A stretch of 64,000 nt of DNA from Zygnema circumcarinatum SAG 698-1b (GCA_037447605.1 CM074808.1:868001-932000); one strand, 5' to 3'. Numbered from the stretch's first letter, positions 36,501 to 50,678 are shown. Numbers and translations are program-made. Notes: generated by a model from the letters alone, not told the origin.

Positions 36501-39500
36501 GGATGAAGCAAGCATGCAGGGAACGGCGACAAGCACCGGAAGAAACTGCTATAGAAAAGAAGGGCAATGGAAACGGGAAGCCCATCAAGCGGAGTGACCC
36601 AGACTCCCCTTACACTCCTATGCTCTGCAAGGGCGCAAGAGTTACTAAAGCCCCTTCCGAACTTACTAGCGTGATGAATGGAAAAGTTAGTGTTGTGAAA
36701 CATGCAGAGAAATTGGGAGAATTAGAGTTCAGGCAAACAAATGCAATGGAGGTGAAACGGCTCAAGCAAGGCAGTGATGTGAAGAGTATGGATGCAGTCA
36801 CTCCTCTCCTACAGGTTTCATGTGTGACATTGGAAAAAACAGATGGCAATATTCCTCACTCGACTGTTGTTGACAGTTCCCTCGCCCATTCTTTCTCAAA
36901 AGCATCGAACTTAATAAAAGAGAAGAGTCGGAAGGACTCGGTCTCAACAGCAGAGGCAGCAGAAAGTAGGGATCATTGTGGAAGTGCAATCGAGGATAGC
37001 CAAACGATCAAAGGTAAGACAGTTTTTTACAGCTTGACTCGTCATGAATATCTAGTAGTTTGTTTTCCTTCATTGGCACATTTCCAATCAAAGAAAAACA
37101 ACGTTTTAGGTGGGATGGGGTAGATGGGAAGGTATGGGGATGTTACGGGGCCAAAGCCGAAAACAGATGGATATGCGGAAGCAATAGAAGGGATCATTTT
37201 GAAAAGCACGCACAGCTCCAATTCATGTACAGGGAACTTGACAGTCACAAAACGGGTGGGTCCATGTACAGATGTTATAGAATCTGGCAGCAGGCTTGAA
37301 TCGGCAGTCACATTACACAGTGATCCCAGTGAAGTTCTGAACTCTGCTGAAGCAGGACGAGGGATTGGAGGGCCCATGCATCCGTCCCACTGTTTCAATA
37401 AAGTCGTCAAGTATGATACGTGTGACAGTGACATAAAGCAAGCAGGAGGGAATAAAATGCTGTATGTGATGAAAGAGAATGCCGATCGAGCCCTCCTTAC
37501 AGAAAGGATGTCGACTTGGCCAAGTAGCAAAAAAGAGCAATCTGGGAATCTGACTGAAAGTAGGGTAGGCCCACAGTTGAAATGCGAACGGCCTGATGGC
37601 GAGGACGGAATGCAAGATGTCAGAGTTGCTGGAGTAGGGGGCAATATTGGCTTCTCCGGTACAGCGATAAAGGTTGAGCAGATCGGCCAACAAGTGGCAC
37701 GAAGCGATAGGCACAGGGAAGAAGCATGCACAAAGAGCCGGGATAGGGAAGCAGACGGTGGGAGGGGGACAAGGTTAACACCTGGAAAGAGACTGCATGG
37801 AGCCTGTGGAAATTCAGTTGAGCATTCCAATGATTCCTGTCGGCAGGTTAGAAAGGCTCGCAAGCCTCTGTCATCTGCTGCTTTGGGGAGGTTATCAGTT
37901 GGGTTAGGTTTCTCCAGAGACAAGTGCCAACAATGGGGTATCCTCGACCTCTGCTTGAAAGGGGAGTTGGTTGATGTTCCCGTAACGGGCCCGCACCGCG
38001 AGGGATACTCAAACTCGTCCCATGTGTCTTCATCCGTTATCTTGTCAACCCGGCTTCCGTTGCTCGTCGAAATCCAACACTGCGAAACTCAGTGTCAGTT
38101 GAAGCATCCTTCTGTCTGTGGAAACAGCCGCAGCAATGGCAAATGTGGTTTTGAAGGTAGATTCACAACCCACAGCTCATTCTCGTGGTCAGTCCTTCAG
38201 TGCTTATTTTGGAACAGCTTTACATCTGAAGGGAGCAATCACCTCTGGGGGCGGTTTTTCTGAAGTCCTGAGAAACCTCCTATGGGCACATGTGGTCCTA
38301 GTGGTTTCTGGTAAGAGGAAAGATTATGTTCGTGCTGGAAAGGTAAGAGGCCATAAAGTGGAGGCTGTTTAGAGTGCATATTTGGGCTGCTCATAGTAAA
38401 GCGGCTGTTGTGCAGGTCCCAGGAATCGCAACTGCCATGGCGATACTACATCATTTATCCCAAATTCTCTCTATGGAACTGAAGCAAGCATTGTAAGCAT
38501 CCACTATCCTTTAAAATGTGCATGGGCAAAGATGCAACAGCTCTTGTGGACTTGCGCTGCTTACTTGTATTTCCTGGATTGTTGTCAGTGTTTGCACCTG
38601 AATGTGTCCAGATGGCTTTTTTCCTCTGTGGTTGCATGTCCTTCTTCAATTATCGTGTGCGTGTAATGCTTCTCCCTTGGCTTTTTGCACCGTCCTCCGA
38701 CTTGTTAGCAGGGGCTGCTCAGACTCCTTTCCTCAAAGGCTCATTTGTCAAAAAGACTACTGCTCACCTTGGTTCATTCGGTTGTTAGGTCCCAAATGAT
38801 GAGAAGCTGAAAGCTGACAAAAGTCTTCCTGGAGTGAGCCCTGTACGGCTCAAGCGGACTTCTGCCCGGGGAGGGAGAGAGAGTCCCGGCCTTCCTCCTG
38901 CAGGCCGTACGGAAGTTGGGAGGCTGACTTCCAGACATGCGACCACTCTTCAGAGGGCTAAGCAGGTACAGGACTTTGTGTCTGAACCCTTCAAATTTGG
39001 GGGACTAGCTTTTGATGTACATCATACTGTTTAGGTTGTTTCGTTCTGCTTTTATTCCTTTTGTTGTTGGTATTTGTGAACATTTAAGCTGGAAAACTCT
39101 TCTCTCTGGATCGATTTTTTTTTTCTTTCGTCTTTAGCAGTGATTTCCGCCAAATCTGCAGAAGCCTAGCTATCTGAAGGCAGGGTATCATGATATGAAT
39201 TTCGAATTCTTTGTTCAATCGGCAGATTTGTTTGCCTAAACACAGTGCAGCCATATTCCACACTCCAAATCACAAGATTTCGTCCTCCAAACAGTCTCTC
39301 CTTTTTCTTTCTATTTTTGATCGGTGGAAAAATTCTCATACCCAGAAAGATTGGTTCCCTCACAACACAATTCTAGTTTGGTCCAACTCAGAAGAGCCAA
39401 CTGTCTTGCAAGAGCAGCCATATGAAACCGAGCCTGCTCCTTGACTTCCACATATGAGAAAACATATGTTGTCTGCTTTTCTTCTGATTGTTTCATGTAA

Positions 39501-42500
39501 TTTGTTAATGAGCCCCATGCCAGATTTATCGCTCACATGATCTAGTTAGTCATGCTTATATAATAGAGCAAGTTCATCCTCTGATGCAGGTTGCTGCTCA
39601 GGCCAAAGTCAGCAATGCAAGTCCGAAGGGGGAATTTCAGTATATTGCCGGTTCGCTTGTATCTCCACTACCTTCGGCAAAAGGTGAGTTGCCTTGACCT
39701 GCCTCAAGTAGTAGGGAGAAGGATCTCCCTCCCTCCCTCCCTCCCTCTTTCCCTCTCTCCTCTGGGTTTACTTTAATTGTGAAAAGGGTATATTGATAGT
39801 ACCCCTGGTGGTGTTTGTTTGGTGCTAATGTTTGTTCAGAATAAGGGCCTTTCTGTAAAGGATCAACTATTTACACTAGTTTTGCTGTCTCAGGTGGTTT
39901 GAAGAGAAGGGATGCTTCTATAAGCAAAGGAGTCGTGCCTTTGACCGGTAAGGAAAAGGTGCGAGCTGCAGAGCAGGTATTAGTCAAGTTTGGACCGAAT
40001 AGCTGCACAACACCAAAAGGAAGCTTGGCTAACATTGGTCAAAGCAAGGGGCTGACTACCAACAAACTGAAGTCTGCACAGAGAAACCAATGCAGATCAG
40101 TAAAAGCGATGGAGGGTCCTGTTTTATGCAAGCTGAAATCTGGAAGTCAAATAGATCAGGCCTCACCTCAAGGAAGGGGGAAGCTGAAAAATGGAGCAGT
40201 AGAGGTACATGTACGAGGTGATTTAACGGACCAGAAGAAAGGGTTGATGGGAACAGAGAGCAGACTGCGCAGTTCTGTGAAAATGAGTGGTGGGAAGGTC
40301 AACTGGGAGGATTTGGGAGGCAGGGGCGGAAGCAATTGTAGTTTACTAAAGGGTAGGGAAACGAGTATGGATGAGATGAAGAGTCCGAGAGAGCCATCTG
40401 CTGGTTTAGAAAAGAAAAGAAAGCTTTCTAGCTTCAAGGAAGGAAGCAAATCAGACGTTTCCATGAATGTAGAAGTGGGGAGACAGCTTGCTTCCGGAGT
40501 CATGACCAACATGAGTATTGGACACCTTGACTCGAAGGAAGTAGTACAAATTAATAAGCGTCAAACTCCGAAGGATCCGATGTTGGCTAAGAGCGTTAGG
40601 AAAGAAGAAGAAAAAGAATTTAAGCTGAGAGCCAAAGCAAAAGGGGGTAATGCTGCAAACAAGAGGCAGAGGCTACCGGGGGAAAGGGTGACAGTTAAGA
40701 GAAAGGTACAAGGCAGCGCGCTTGCCGATGGTAATGTCAGTAGGAGAAATGAAGAGGATATTATTTCGGGCCTGAGCAACAAGCAGGAAAAGCAGGGGGG
40801 TGAAAGGGAGAAAGCGTTAGCATTTAGGAATACAGGAGCTCATAGCCCTACTACTTCGTTGCCGAAAATACTGGAAAAACCACTCCCAGCCTCTGAACAA
40901 CACGAAGCTGTGCTTGCATTTGCTTCCAACCATTTGAAAGCAGGTGGGAAGAGAAAAATTGTTGGAGTGAAGAGAGAGAGGGAGGAGGCAACTGCTCTGG
41001 AAATGGGAAACAGAACCGTCCTTGACCTCTCTTCACCGAAGCGGGAGAGAACCTTAAGGACTGTAAGGCGACGTGATTTCCGGCATTGTATACAAGTAAT
41101 AGTGGACGAGCAGTCTGCAGGAAACCAAGCTTTGGCTGAGGGTCTGTCCTCGCATCCGGCTGAAGGTGGTGGGCCTAGCGAGAGTAGAGTGCAGCTATTG
41201 AGGCCTTCAGAAGATACTGCCACAACTGTACCACAGGAAAGTGGCACTGGAAGGGGGTCGAAAGCGGATGCAGGATCGGCGGAAGTGCAAGGGCCTGAAA
41301 CGTTGCACCTTGTACTTTGTGAGAGAGAGATAGGTTGTACTATTCATGCCTCTTTGGATCAAAACGGGGCTGCTTTTGAGTCGATGACTTCGCCCCAAAA
41401 GGCATCTGCAGTGGAGAATGAGAGCGACAGCGACAGTTTTTCCAGCTTGTTCAAGTGAGTTGGGACATTTGTTTTCTTGTCTAAAGTCTGACAATAGAAC
41501 ACTCCAAATGCTGGAGATGGGCGTGAAGTTTTGCTTTTGTTTAACGTATGGATGTCAAGCGTGGTGAGGAATAACTGAGGCTCCTTGTGGGTCATTGTGT
41601 GGACTGTCGTCACTCATCTTTAGGGAGTTCTATTCGTTATGGTCTAGGGAGACGTATTCATGACGGTTACCTTCCCTATGAATCTAGTCTCAGATATGTT
41701 TAATGACATCCCTCGTCCTTGAAATATCAAATAAGCTTATTGCCAGGCTACTTCCAGTCACAATCGACATAGTCGAGGTCTTTGAATGTGTTTGAGGGCA
41801 GGGCCTCCTCCTTCAACTACGAGTCCGTAATGGTAACATAACAGCACTAAACCCTCTATGGCTCCTTCCCACAAATGCCATGAAATTGCTGACGAATGTA
41901 TTCCAAAGCTTCTTGGCCCTTTTTCAAGCCGATCCGCCCTCTTTCCTTGATGGTTGTGACAGAGAGGAAAATGATTCGGACGAGTGCGATGAAATACAAG
42001 GACCTGCAGCTTCTGCCTTTAGTGCCGAAAGGGCTTCAGATGAGCCCCCTTGCCTTGCAGGATGTGAAAGTGTTGGCACGGCTGTAGGGGGGGGCTCTGA
42101 AGCAGACCCCGAAGGAGAGCAAAGAAAGGATTCACATGAAGATGAGGAGGCACAATTCTTCGAGTGCAGAAGCAGACCGGCGGTACGCTCGCGAAGTTTG
42201 AGACGGCTTTCGAGCATTCATCGATTGAACGACGAGCATGTAAAGAGGAGAATGAACGAATCTGAAATGAATAGCAGGCAGAGTGGAGATTGTGCAGATG
42301 GTCAGTGGTCGGCAGAGAGCAGGGAAGTGGGAGGAGACCTTTCTACTGTCAAGTCTGACGGTTTGCAGAACGAGTACAGGTCCGTACCAGCAGTGATCCA
42401 GTCTTGCCTTGGAGGTTTTGCTTGTGAAACTAGTGTGTGTTTTGTAATCAAGAATAGATTACATCTATTGACCCGTGTGGCTTGTCTATTTGGGGCCTTA

Positions 42501-43777
42501 GGTGTCACTTCAATTGGAGCCACTATGCTATACTACCACCTGGGCTTTCTCCACAGCCTCAATCTTTCACTGAGTTGTATCGGGAGATAACGGATGTCTT
42601 TATAAAGGTGAGTATACTTCTTCAGGTTTGGAATTCGGATTTAGGTTAAAAGCCCCATTCGCGGTTTGAAGGGGTTTTCATATCATTGATGCTTGGTGAC
42701 TGAATTCGAAGTTATCTTCTTCCCCATTCCACCTTTTGCTGAGCAGCTGAGTTGAGGCTCCTTTCCTTCAGGCTCTTGAGGAGGTCTACTACACTGAAGT
42801 TAAGTGTGGAATATTGGGAGAGGATGGCGTTCCTCGCAACATTCTGAAGGAGTTGTCCGCCCACCCGCAGAGGACGAGAGTGTTTTCAGGGGTAAGCACC
42901 GTTAGCACCCTGACTGTACTGTGGCAATATCACCATTTTTTTTGTATTAGCTTGCATGTCTGTTCGACTTGCTTCATCGTTCAGTCATTTCCATATTCAT
43001 ATCCCTCCCTTATTGTTTCGTTGTGATTATTTTTTTTAGATATTAACTTAATTGTTAACTCTTCCTCTCCCACCTGATGCAGGACCACAATGCAGACACT
43101 CAGAATCTGGTCGTTACTGATGATGATGGGCACCTCTACTGGTCGCTCGTTCATCCAAACGATTGTGATGAAGTCCCCCTCTCCCTGCTCACTGTTCTGC
43201 GCTCCGACTTGAGAGAATTGGTGAGGAAGCCAACAGCGGCATGAGCACTGCATTTGCTGTTGCAGAACACTCGCATTTGACAAATGGGCAGATTAACTAT
43301 CGCATTGTATTTCCTGATATGCAGGGTATTTGTCCGAATTTGGTGGAGTTTGAGACACTGGATGCAGACGGAAGCAGAGCAATGACATCTCTTACTCAGC
43401 AGCCTTGGCAATGCCTTTGTGGAGAGGACGATGCAGCTCAGCAGGATAGTGACTGCTCTCATCGCGAAGGTAGAGGCAGAAGTGTGCAATCCAATGGGCG
43501 TAAAAGTGTCGGAGGACGGAAAAGCACGAGAGCTTTGGATACCTCTTCGCACTTGGATATGGAGACTGGTGACCCAAAAGAGTGGGCTGCAAAGGTAGGC
43601 TTACAGCAGGCGGCAGTGGTCAACAGAAGGGGACGAGGCCGTGGTCGACCAAGAGGCAGAGGGAGGGCACAAAGCAGCTCTGTTGCGAGAACTCCACCAC
43701 GGCAGTTGGAGGGCTCCTTGGAAGAAGTTGGAGCAAGCCTTGGCGATCAGGGGGTGAATATCCCTCCAGATGAATGA
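30528..43777 (+). CDS. Giant CK1-group kinase most similar to tau-tubulin kinase (TTBK), with tandem CCCH zinc fingers and a long low-complexity C-terminus. The kinase portion is firm; 3' extent and single-gene status are provisional
   Basis: ATG 30528 (gccATGG). Spliced kinase domain: KIGEGTFSEIY, VAVKVEK, VLKWE, LIMELLGESLSDLRR, LRLGIQ, HERGYLHRDVKP|SNFAIG, IDFGL, DFRGSSVYASVNAH, ELGRRDDLWSLF, EFLEGDIPWR, DDLPYDWE. Further AG/GT-bounded ORF blocks at 34229-34952, 35574-35676, 36350-37013, 37124-38157, 39895-41455, 41930-42300, 42557-43777. Some junctions (37.1, 38.2, 41.5, 42.3 kb) were not resolved. Confidence 0.72.
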
Positions 43778-44856
43778 GTGTCCAAGAATTTTCTGCTTTT
43801 TCAAAGGCTGTGAGCCGCTGTCCAGTGGTATACGGCGCGGTCTCACAGGCAGAATAGGGAGAGAGGGTAGAGGCGGACCTGGGAGGGCATTGGAGGGCTC
43901 TCATACTAAGCGGATGAGGAACTCTTATGGTCGAGTTTGGGAGAACCGTGGCGTTTGCTTAAGCCTACATCGGAACACAGAGGCAAAGCCGTACATTGCA
44001 GATTTTTTACTGCTCCCCCGGTGAACCTCAACAAGCCCTCGAAACATTTGAAGCGCATCTCAGCCAACTGGTGGCTCCATTTCTTGGCCTGTCGCTCGAG
44101 GTGAGACTCGTGAACCAATAAATGGTGGTAATGTTGTGACATAGTGTGTACATAGGGTAAGGGGTCCACCTCCATAAGTTGATTGAACGCAGCCAATTAT
44201 GTTTTTGAACTCACATGGTTTTGTACGAAGGAGCTTTCTGCCAGTGCGTTCTACAAATCAGGCTCCGCTTTGTGGGAAGGAAATGGGGCTCGGTGCTGTT
44301 GAAGCCATGGATTCATTTTCTATTGACCAAAGTTCCATTTGCTGCCCTATGTTCATGCTTCGTTGAGGCATTTTCTCCGAAGGAAACGGGCCCCTTGCCC
44401 GAAGCCTAATTCTTTCGCCTGCAAGATGAAATATGGAGTGTTCCGTTCTCTCTTGTTTGAAAACTTTGCTGGAAAGGGAAACTGGAAAAAAGTGATTTTG
44501 CCAATCAATGTCCACCCAAGTGATAAGTGCAAAGAGGCTCATCACAGCCGTCTACACATAGGCACAGACCGACCAACGCTCATTTGCCTTGTTTGCCACA
44601 AAACCACTTCCTATGATGTTCCAACACGGAATTTCATTTCGGTTCCAGCATGGAACTTCGACCTAAGGCACCTATACAAGGGGGAAAGGAGACTCTATGT
44701 TTATATGTACAATTTTGCTAGTGTGCAGAGCTACTTATAGACAGCTTTGAGCTTCATGACAAAGGAAAGAAAAACTATGTACAACAAGTCCACAGCGAGA
44801 GTAGTGGAGCCCCCACCTTCCAAAGGAACGGAGGCTTCCACACGGTGTGCCCGAAG

Positions 44857-47800
44857 CTAGAAAGGCGCCAGCTGCTTCTCGCGCGCTGTGAGCGGAACAT
44901 AGCGCACACCCATTGCAGAATGGCGCACCACACTGCCGTCCGGCTTCTTGTCAATCACCTCCAAGTCCTGCATAACCAAAGGCCAAAGGGGGACTTGGTT
45001 GGTACAAGTGTGCGTGTCTGCCTCCTCCAAGGCAGTGGCCACTGCCAACAAAGACCTCGATCAAGCATGAGAATTGCTAAGAACATAGGCACTAGTCCCA
45101 AGAGAGTTACTATCAAAATAGACACTTTGTTCCATTGCCTCCCCCACATGGCTTCATAATGAAAATTTTCATGCTCGTCCTGCCACCCGCATTAATCCCT
45201 ATGAACCAACAAAAAGAAAAGCGGGAGCGGCATCTCCATTGGCTGAGTGGTGGTGTGAATCCGAACTCACCTGCATCAGGTTGCCCACAGGGCACACCAT
45301 GCGCCCTCCAGGCTTCAGCTGCTTGGCTAGCTCCCGTGGAAAATCTGCAAGCTCGTTCATCATCCCACACCTAAAAAGCTGTCTGAACTTTCAAAGTTTT
45401 ACAGACGTCTATAGAAAAAGATGTAAAGAAAGGCATCCTAAACGTACCCCTCCACCTATCAAGCTTTTCCGTTACTCCCTTAACCAATGAGTCAAGATTC
45501 AATTTCGATGCCATATGCTATCGCCGAAAATGCTTCTTTCTTTCCTTAGCACACCTGGTGCTGCCGCTCCAACATGGATGGCATCGTACGGCCCTCCTTC
45601 AGGGTAGCCCAGTCGGCCATCAGCAACTGCAGAAAGAGAGTCACACTCAGAGAAACCGGCTTATTATAGGCTCCCCTTACAGAACTACTGGTACCCCAAT
45701 GATCGTAGGTGGGTTAGGCCAAAATCGCTTGTCAATATATATGATCCATGACTGGTCGTGTGAGCAAACATACACAGTACGGCATAAGAAGAATCAACCT
45801 CACCATGTATAGAGAGGGATCCAGAATCCAATAGATGAGCTGCCTTGCCCTTCTTAATGGACTGAATGGAGCGCTCTACCAGCTCTGGAATATGCTCCAC
45901 TCCAATTGCATGGCCCGTTTCACCCACCTGTTATGCAAATGCATGCACATTGTTTCAAAAAACTTGAGCCTGGAAGTGAATTGAAACGTAACCGAACATT
46001 TTAGAAGCAAATCGAAAAAAAAAATCCAAACTGTGCCCTGAAACGAGATAAATTTCTGAAACCTTTCCGCCACCGACCTTCCGTAACAACATCGGATTAA
46101 TTCTCCTTTATTCCTTCGTCTTCCTGTAACTAACACTATTGCATGAAAGTTTATAAAGTTTATGTGAGAAATACTCGCCATGAGCGCCATTACTGCTGTG
46201 AGATAACCAGAACCTGAACCAACATCGAGCACCTTCATGCCAGGCTTGAGGTATTCGTCAAGGAGGGTGAGACAGTAGCCGTGCTGCAACACATATTGCC
46301 AGAAATCACAGCAGTAAGCGAGATATCATCGTCCGTACGCCAGAAAAGCGTAGTCAGGACTGTCGCAAGTCTAAAAGTTCATCAATAAATCTGAGCTAGA
46401 TGAGCTTAAAGAGACCCTTACCATGTGAGGAGCTGAGATGGTCGCATTAAATCCTGTTGATGGGCAAACCCCCACAATGTATTGTATGAAAGAGTCATTC
46501 TCCAAAAATCGGACTGAAATACTACTAGGACTAGCCAGCAGCTATAATCCTGACTTTTAACTTGATTTTTGCGGTTTCAAAGTGCATTTGAAGAAAAAAA
46601 ACTTGAGTCTTTACATGCTCTCTGAATTTCCGATGCCCAGTTTGTATGACAGTGTGCTGCTCTCCAACGGCAGCGAGAAAGCTCCTCTCCTCTTTCTGCT
46701 TAACTGTGTGCCATACGAGATGATGGCACCAAACAAGGAGAAAAGCAAATGCTCTGTAAACCTCAGACAGACTAGCAACTAAACTTCACGTAAGTCAGCT
46801 TCCGACTAAGCCTTTGGGATTATGCAATCCCGTTAGTTTCCGATGTAGCATTGCTAATACAACTCCCACTCGATGTCAACAACAATGCCGGAATAAACAA
46901 ATGCCCAGTGATGAGGCATAAGGCGGAACAGTATTTTTGTCCGCTTGCATTCATTGCAACGTGGACCAAAACTTCATTTCGTTCAGGGATAAGTGGCTAC
47001 CTATTGGCTGTGGAGCATCAATGTAAGCGGACTGCCTGTCCAGTACAAAGTCTGCTCGATCAATTTGCTTCATGGCCTCCAGAGCACGCGTTGATTTCAA
47101 AATATTGTTCTCTGCAAGATGTGCAAATGTCAACGAATACACGTCATTCCAAATGAACCGAACAAGTGATAATTGACGAAGTACAGGACGTAGTCCAAAG
47201 AAGCAAAAAAAAAAAGGCAACGTCATCTTGAACAAGTGAAAGAGAACATTGATTCTACCATCTTAGCTAGTCCATAATGTCACCGCCAGTACGGCTCCTC
47301 TAAAGGACTACGTGAGGAGGTGGTTGGAAATTGTTCAACAGAAGATATTTCAACAGAGGTGAACTGAACAAGGACATGAAGGATTCTGGCATCGGTATCA
47401 ACGTGATTTGTGACAAATGGAAGGGAAGGGAAAAATGAGAATGCAAAGGCACAGAATCTGAAGAACCAACTTCAAAGTCTGCCCAGGTCATGACAAAAAC
47501 AAATATTTTTTTACGAGATGCAAGTTCACTCCAGAGCTCTATCTCTTTCTGATATTGCAAGTATTTTGGCTCCGACCCAATGAACCCTCACAAGCTCCCA
47601 TGCGAACCCCTAAAAAGCCTGTTAATGTATTCAGAACTGCCGCAACCTGCCCAAAAAAGCACCAGTCACAACTTCTGGCAATCCATACAATTACCACAAA
47701 ACACCAAAACCTATTGGAAGGGAAACGGAGAGCATCCTTCAAAAACGCAAATGAACACAGTGTAGAAGAAGTGCAGAAATGCCGAGCAAACTTGTGCAAA

Positions 47801-48142
47801 CGGCCAAGCAAAAACGTTTTCAATCCTGACAAGAACTCATACAATCATAGCTCACATCATTCTCATAGACAGACAGAGAAAATGACAGCAGGTGCATAGG
47901 GGCGGCACAGACGACGCCATGGCAGGGTCAGCCGTCGCCTCTGCGCGCGATCAATGCGCTCTTCTACTCGCTTCAGCGCCCTTTGCCATTCAGGACGCGC
48001 CTCTTGCAAGCCCCTCGGAGTCGCTCGGAGAATCCTAAAAGCAGCAGCAGGAGCTGCGGAGAGGCATGGCGGGCGGAGCGAACATACTGTACAGGTTGCT
48101 GACAAGGTCTGCGTTGTTCTGTCCATGGCTGGTCCAGCTCAT
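44857..48142 (-). CDS. PIMT: Protein-L-isoaspartate (D-aspartate) O-methyltransferase
   Basis: Spliced MSWTSHGQNNADLVSNLY|KNNILKS..AMKQIDRADFV..AYIDAPQPIG|FNATISAPHM|HGYCL..LKPGMKVLDVGSGSGYLTA|..GVEHIPELV|ADGRLGYPEGGPYDAIHVGAAAP|..QLKPGGRMVCPVG|DLEVIDK..VRYVPLT. Confidence 0.95.
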
Positions 48143-48590
48143 GCTGCACACGCACTGCTGCTGGCTTTTTGAAGGCCTCCGACAGGAGATCTCTCCCACA
48201 ACAACCCGCGGGACCTCGCAGGAGAGGAGCCAAAGGAGAGAGAGACTCCTTCTCGTCGCCACGGCTACCCTCTCTCTGTCACTCCCTCTCTCTCCCTCTC
48301 TCACACAACCTGGGCTCGCCTCGCCCGCCTATGAAGGCGCCACGTTGCAGCACAAAGGGCCTCTTGAGTGCTCCAGGAACCCCTCTGATGAGCTCTGCCC
48401 TTTATCCGCCTTTACAAGATTTTTCCGACCTGGCGCGATAAGAACCGTCCGATGCATCCCCGGAAAACATTTTGTGCCATTTGGACCGTCCGATCGATTT
48501 TCGGGCAGCCTGCAAAAAGGACCCTTAGTATTGACGGCTGTTCAAGCTTTCAGTCTGCAGTGGATTGGGAAGTGAGGGCGGAGCAGGCGC

Positions 48591-50100
48591 ATGGCGGCCA
48601 TGGCCTGCACTACAGCATCAGCCACAGCAGGGCTCTCTGTGGTTGCGTGCGGCAACTCTGAAAGAGTCTCCTCTACGCGCGCCTCTTTGCAGGCATGTTT
48701 ACATCTGAAGCCTCTCGCAACGTGGGCGGCTTCTGGACTCTCTGGCTTTTTTAGGGTTTGTATTTTTAGGGTGTTGGCGAATTCTGACAGGTTGGGATGT
48801 TACCTTTTGAAAGTTCATGTTGTCGGATAATGACAGGGGAGAAAGAGGGGCTTCTGGATGGCTGCCAGGTGTCCAGCTTCACAGGTCTGCGTGCGGATTC
48901 CCACTCCGCAGGTCACCAAGGAGCTCTGTTCTATAGGGGATATGGACTGAATTTGGACAGAACATCTTCTGGAAGGAGTGCCTCTGTGGGAGTTCGGGCT
49001 GAAGTTGCCAGTCCTCCGGTGCGTTACCATACTGACTTCTTCAGGTTTTATGTTGGTGAACGAGGTTGTTCTTCACATCAATTATGATGTATGGGTCTGA
49101 AAGAAACAATGTATTATGCGGATGGCGTAAGCTACAGAGATAGTAGTCCGCATCTTCCTCATCTTGCTTACTTGTTTACTTCTCCAACGTATTGGAACGA
49201 GGGCAACTATGCTTTCTGCGATGTCAAAGCACTACCGCGTCCGCTATTTAACTATTGAATTGAGTTCTGTAATGTAATCAACTGCCCGTGAATTGCCGAG
49301 AGCCAAAATGGGGCGTTCAAAGTCGGCTGGTTTAGTAACATTTTCGGGCATTTCAGTGGAGGCTTTGGTATGTAGTGGAACAAGCGAGTTCAAAAGAGTT
49401 CCTTAGTCAGTCAGATGAGAGGCTTGTCTTAGAAACTGAGCAATTAGAAGTATGTTTTGTCATACAAAAGAAGAAACGCTGTCGTAAGGACTTGAGTATA
49501 TTCAACACTTTTCCGGCGAGATTGGCGGGATTTAAGTCATGGAAAGGATATATCTCTTCTAGGTGCTTAAGGCCTTGGTATAGCAGCTGGAGGTTGCATT
49601 TGCAATTTGGGAAATTGAATTGAATTTCGGCTTTGATAAGGATATGATAGATGTCTAAAATAAGTGCCGAATAAGGTTTTGCAATTAATTAAGAATTCAA
49701 ACATTCAATAATTCAGTAGAGTCGAGTCGGTATTCTCGCGATTAGAAAACCTCTACTCACCTTGATTTGCAATGTGGGCCTTCTGCAGATCCCAAAGCAG
49801 AAGATCCGCATCAACCTGAAATCTTACTGGGTTCCTCTCATTGAAAGAGCGTCTGAACAGATCTTGGAAGCAGCCCGCAACACTGGTTCTGACACTATGG
49901 GCCCTGTTCGCCTGCCCACAAGGAAGACGCTCTATTGTGTCCTCCGCTCTCCTCACGTCGACAAAGATTCTCGTGAGCACTTCCAGATCAAGACTCACAA
50001 ACGACTCATTGACTTAGAGAACCCCAATGCTCAAACCATTGATGCCCTCATGCAGCTGGATCTCCCTGCTGGGGTTAATGTAGAGGTTAAGCTCTGCTAG
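48591..50100 (+). CDS. PRPS10: Nuclear-encoded plastid 30S ribosomal protein uS10 with transit peptide
   Basis: Transit exons start at 48591 and 48869-49018. Final exon 49789-50100: KQKIRINLKSYWVPLIERASEQILEAARNTG...GPVRLPTRKTLYCVLRSPHVDKDSREHFQIKTHKRLIDL...IDALMQLDLPAGVNVEVKL. Confidence 0.93.
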
Positions 50101-50678
50101 ATTCAGTATCTATCATATGTTAGTGATTCGTCAAGCCGTAGATTTGAAAAACTACACTTTCTGACGGTGCATGTTTCAATGTGCCTCATATATGGAACAA
50201 CGTGTTCGCAGCTGTGGTATATGAAGACGCTGTTAGATCAAGCAGGTGAAATTGATTGTTGTTTGCACATTTGTCAACCTATTGTACTTTTAAATAGTGC
50301 TTGAACTGAAATTTGGTTATCATATAATACTCGGAACTCAAACTGTCAAGAGAAACTCAATCTTAGCAAATTGAGCCTTTGAACCTTTTCAAAACCTAGG
50401 AGCAGTCCTCAGGACACTGCATGAACACGGAAGTCAAACCCCGGAAGTCGGAACCTCTTAGACTTCTGTCATTCTGCTTTCTTTACCTCCAAGGATCACC
50501 CAACCCCCAAAAACAAAATCTAAAATCATAGAACAGGCTTCCTCCTACTTAATTATACAGTAAACAGCCAAATAAGTTCCACTACAGGGCATGCGGCTAG
50601 CTGCATGGAGGTAAGGCTACGCGCAATGGCTTTAAAAGTCGTAGCAATCTAAAGAGAGAAGAACGAACGAATGGCCTT

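Noticed and set aside
43906-44740. ORFs 43906-44196 (-) and 44339-44740 (+) between the kinase locus and PIMT
   Set aside because: No motif and no consistent start or splice model; could be 3' UTRs.
48693-48868. Possible GC-AG first intron in PRPS10 (CAG|GCATGT)
   Set aside because: An in-phase GT donor (AGG|GTTTGT near 48756) is equally compatible; needs RNA data.
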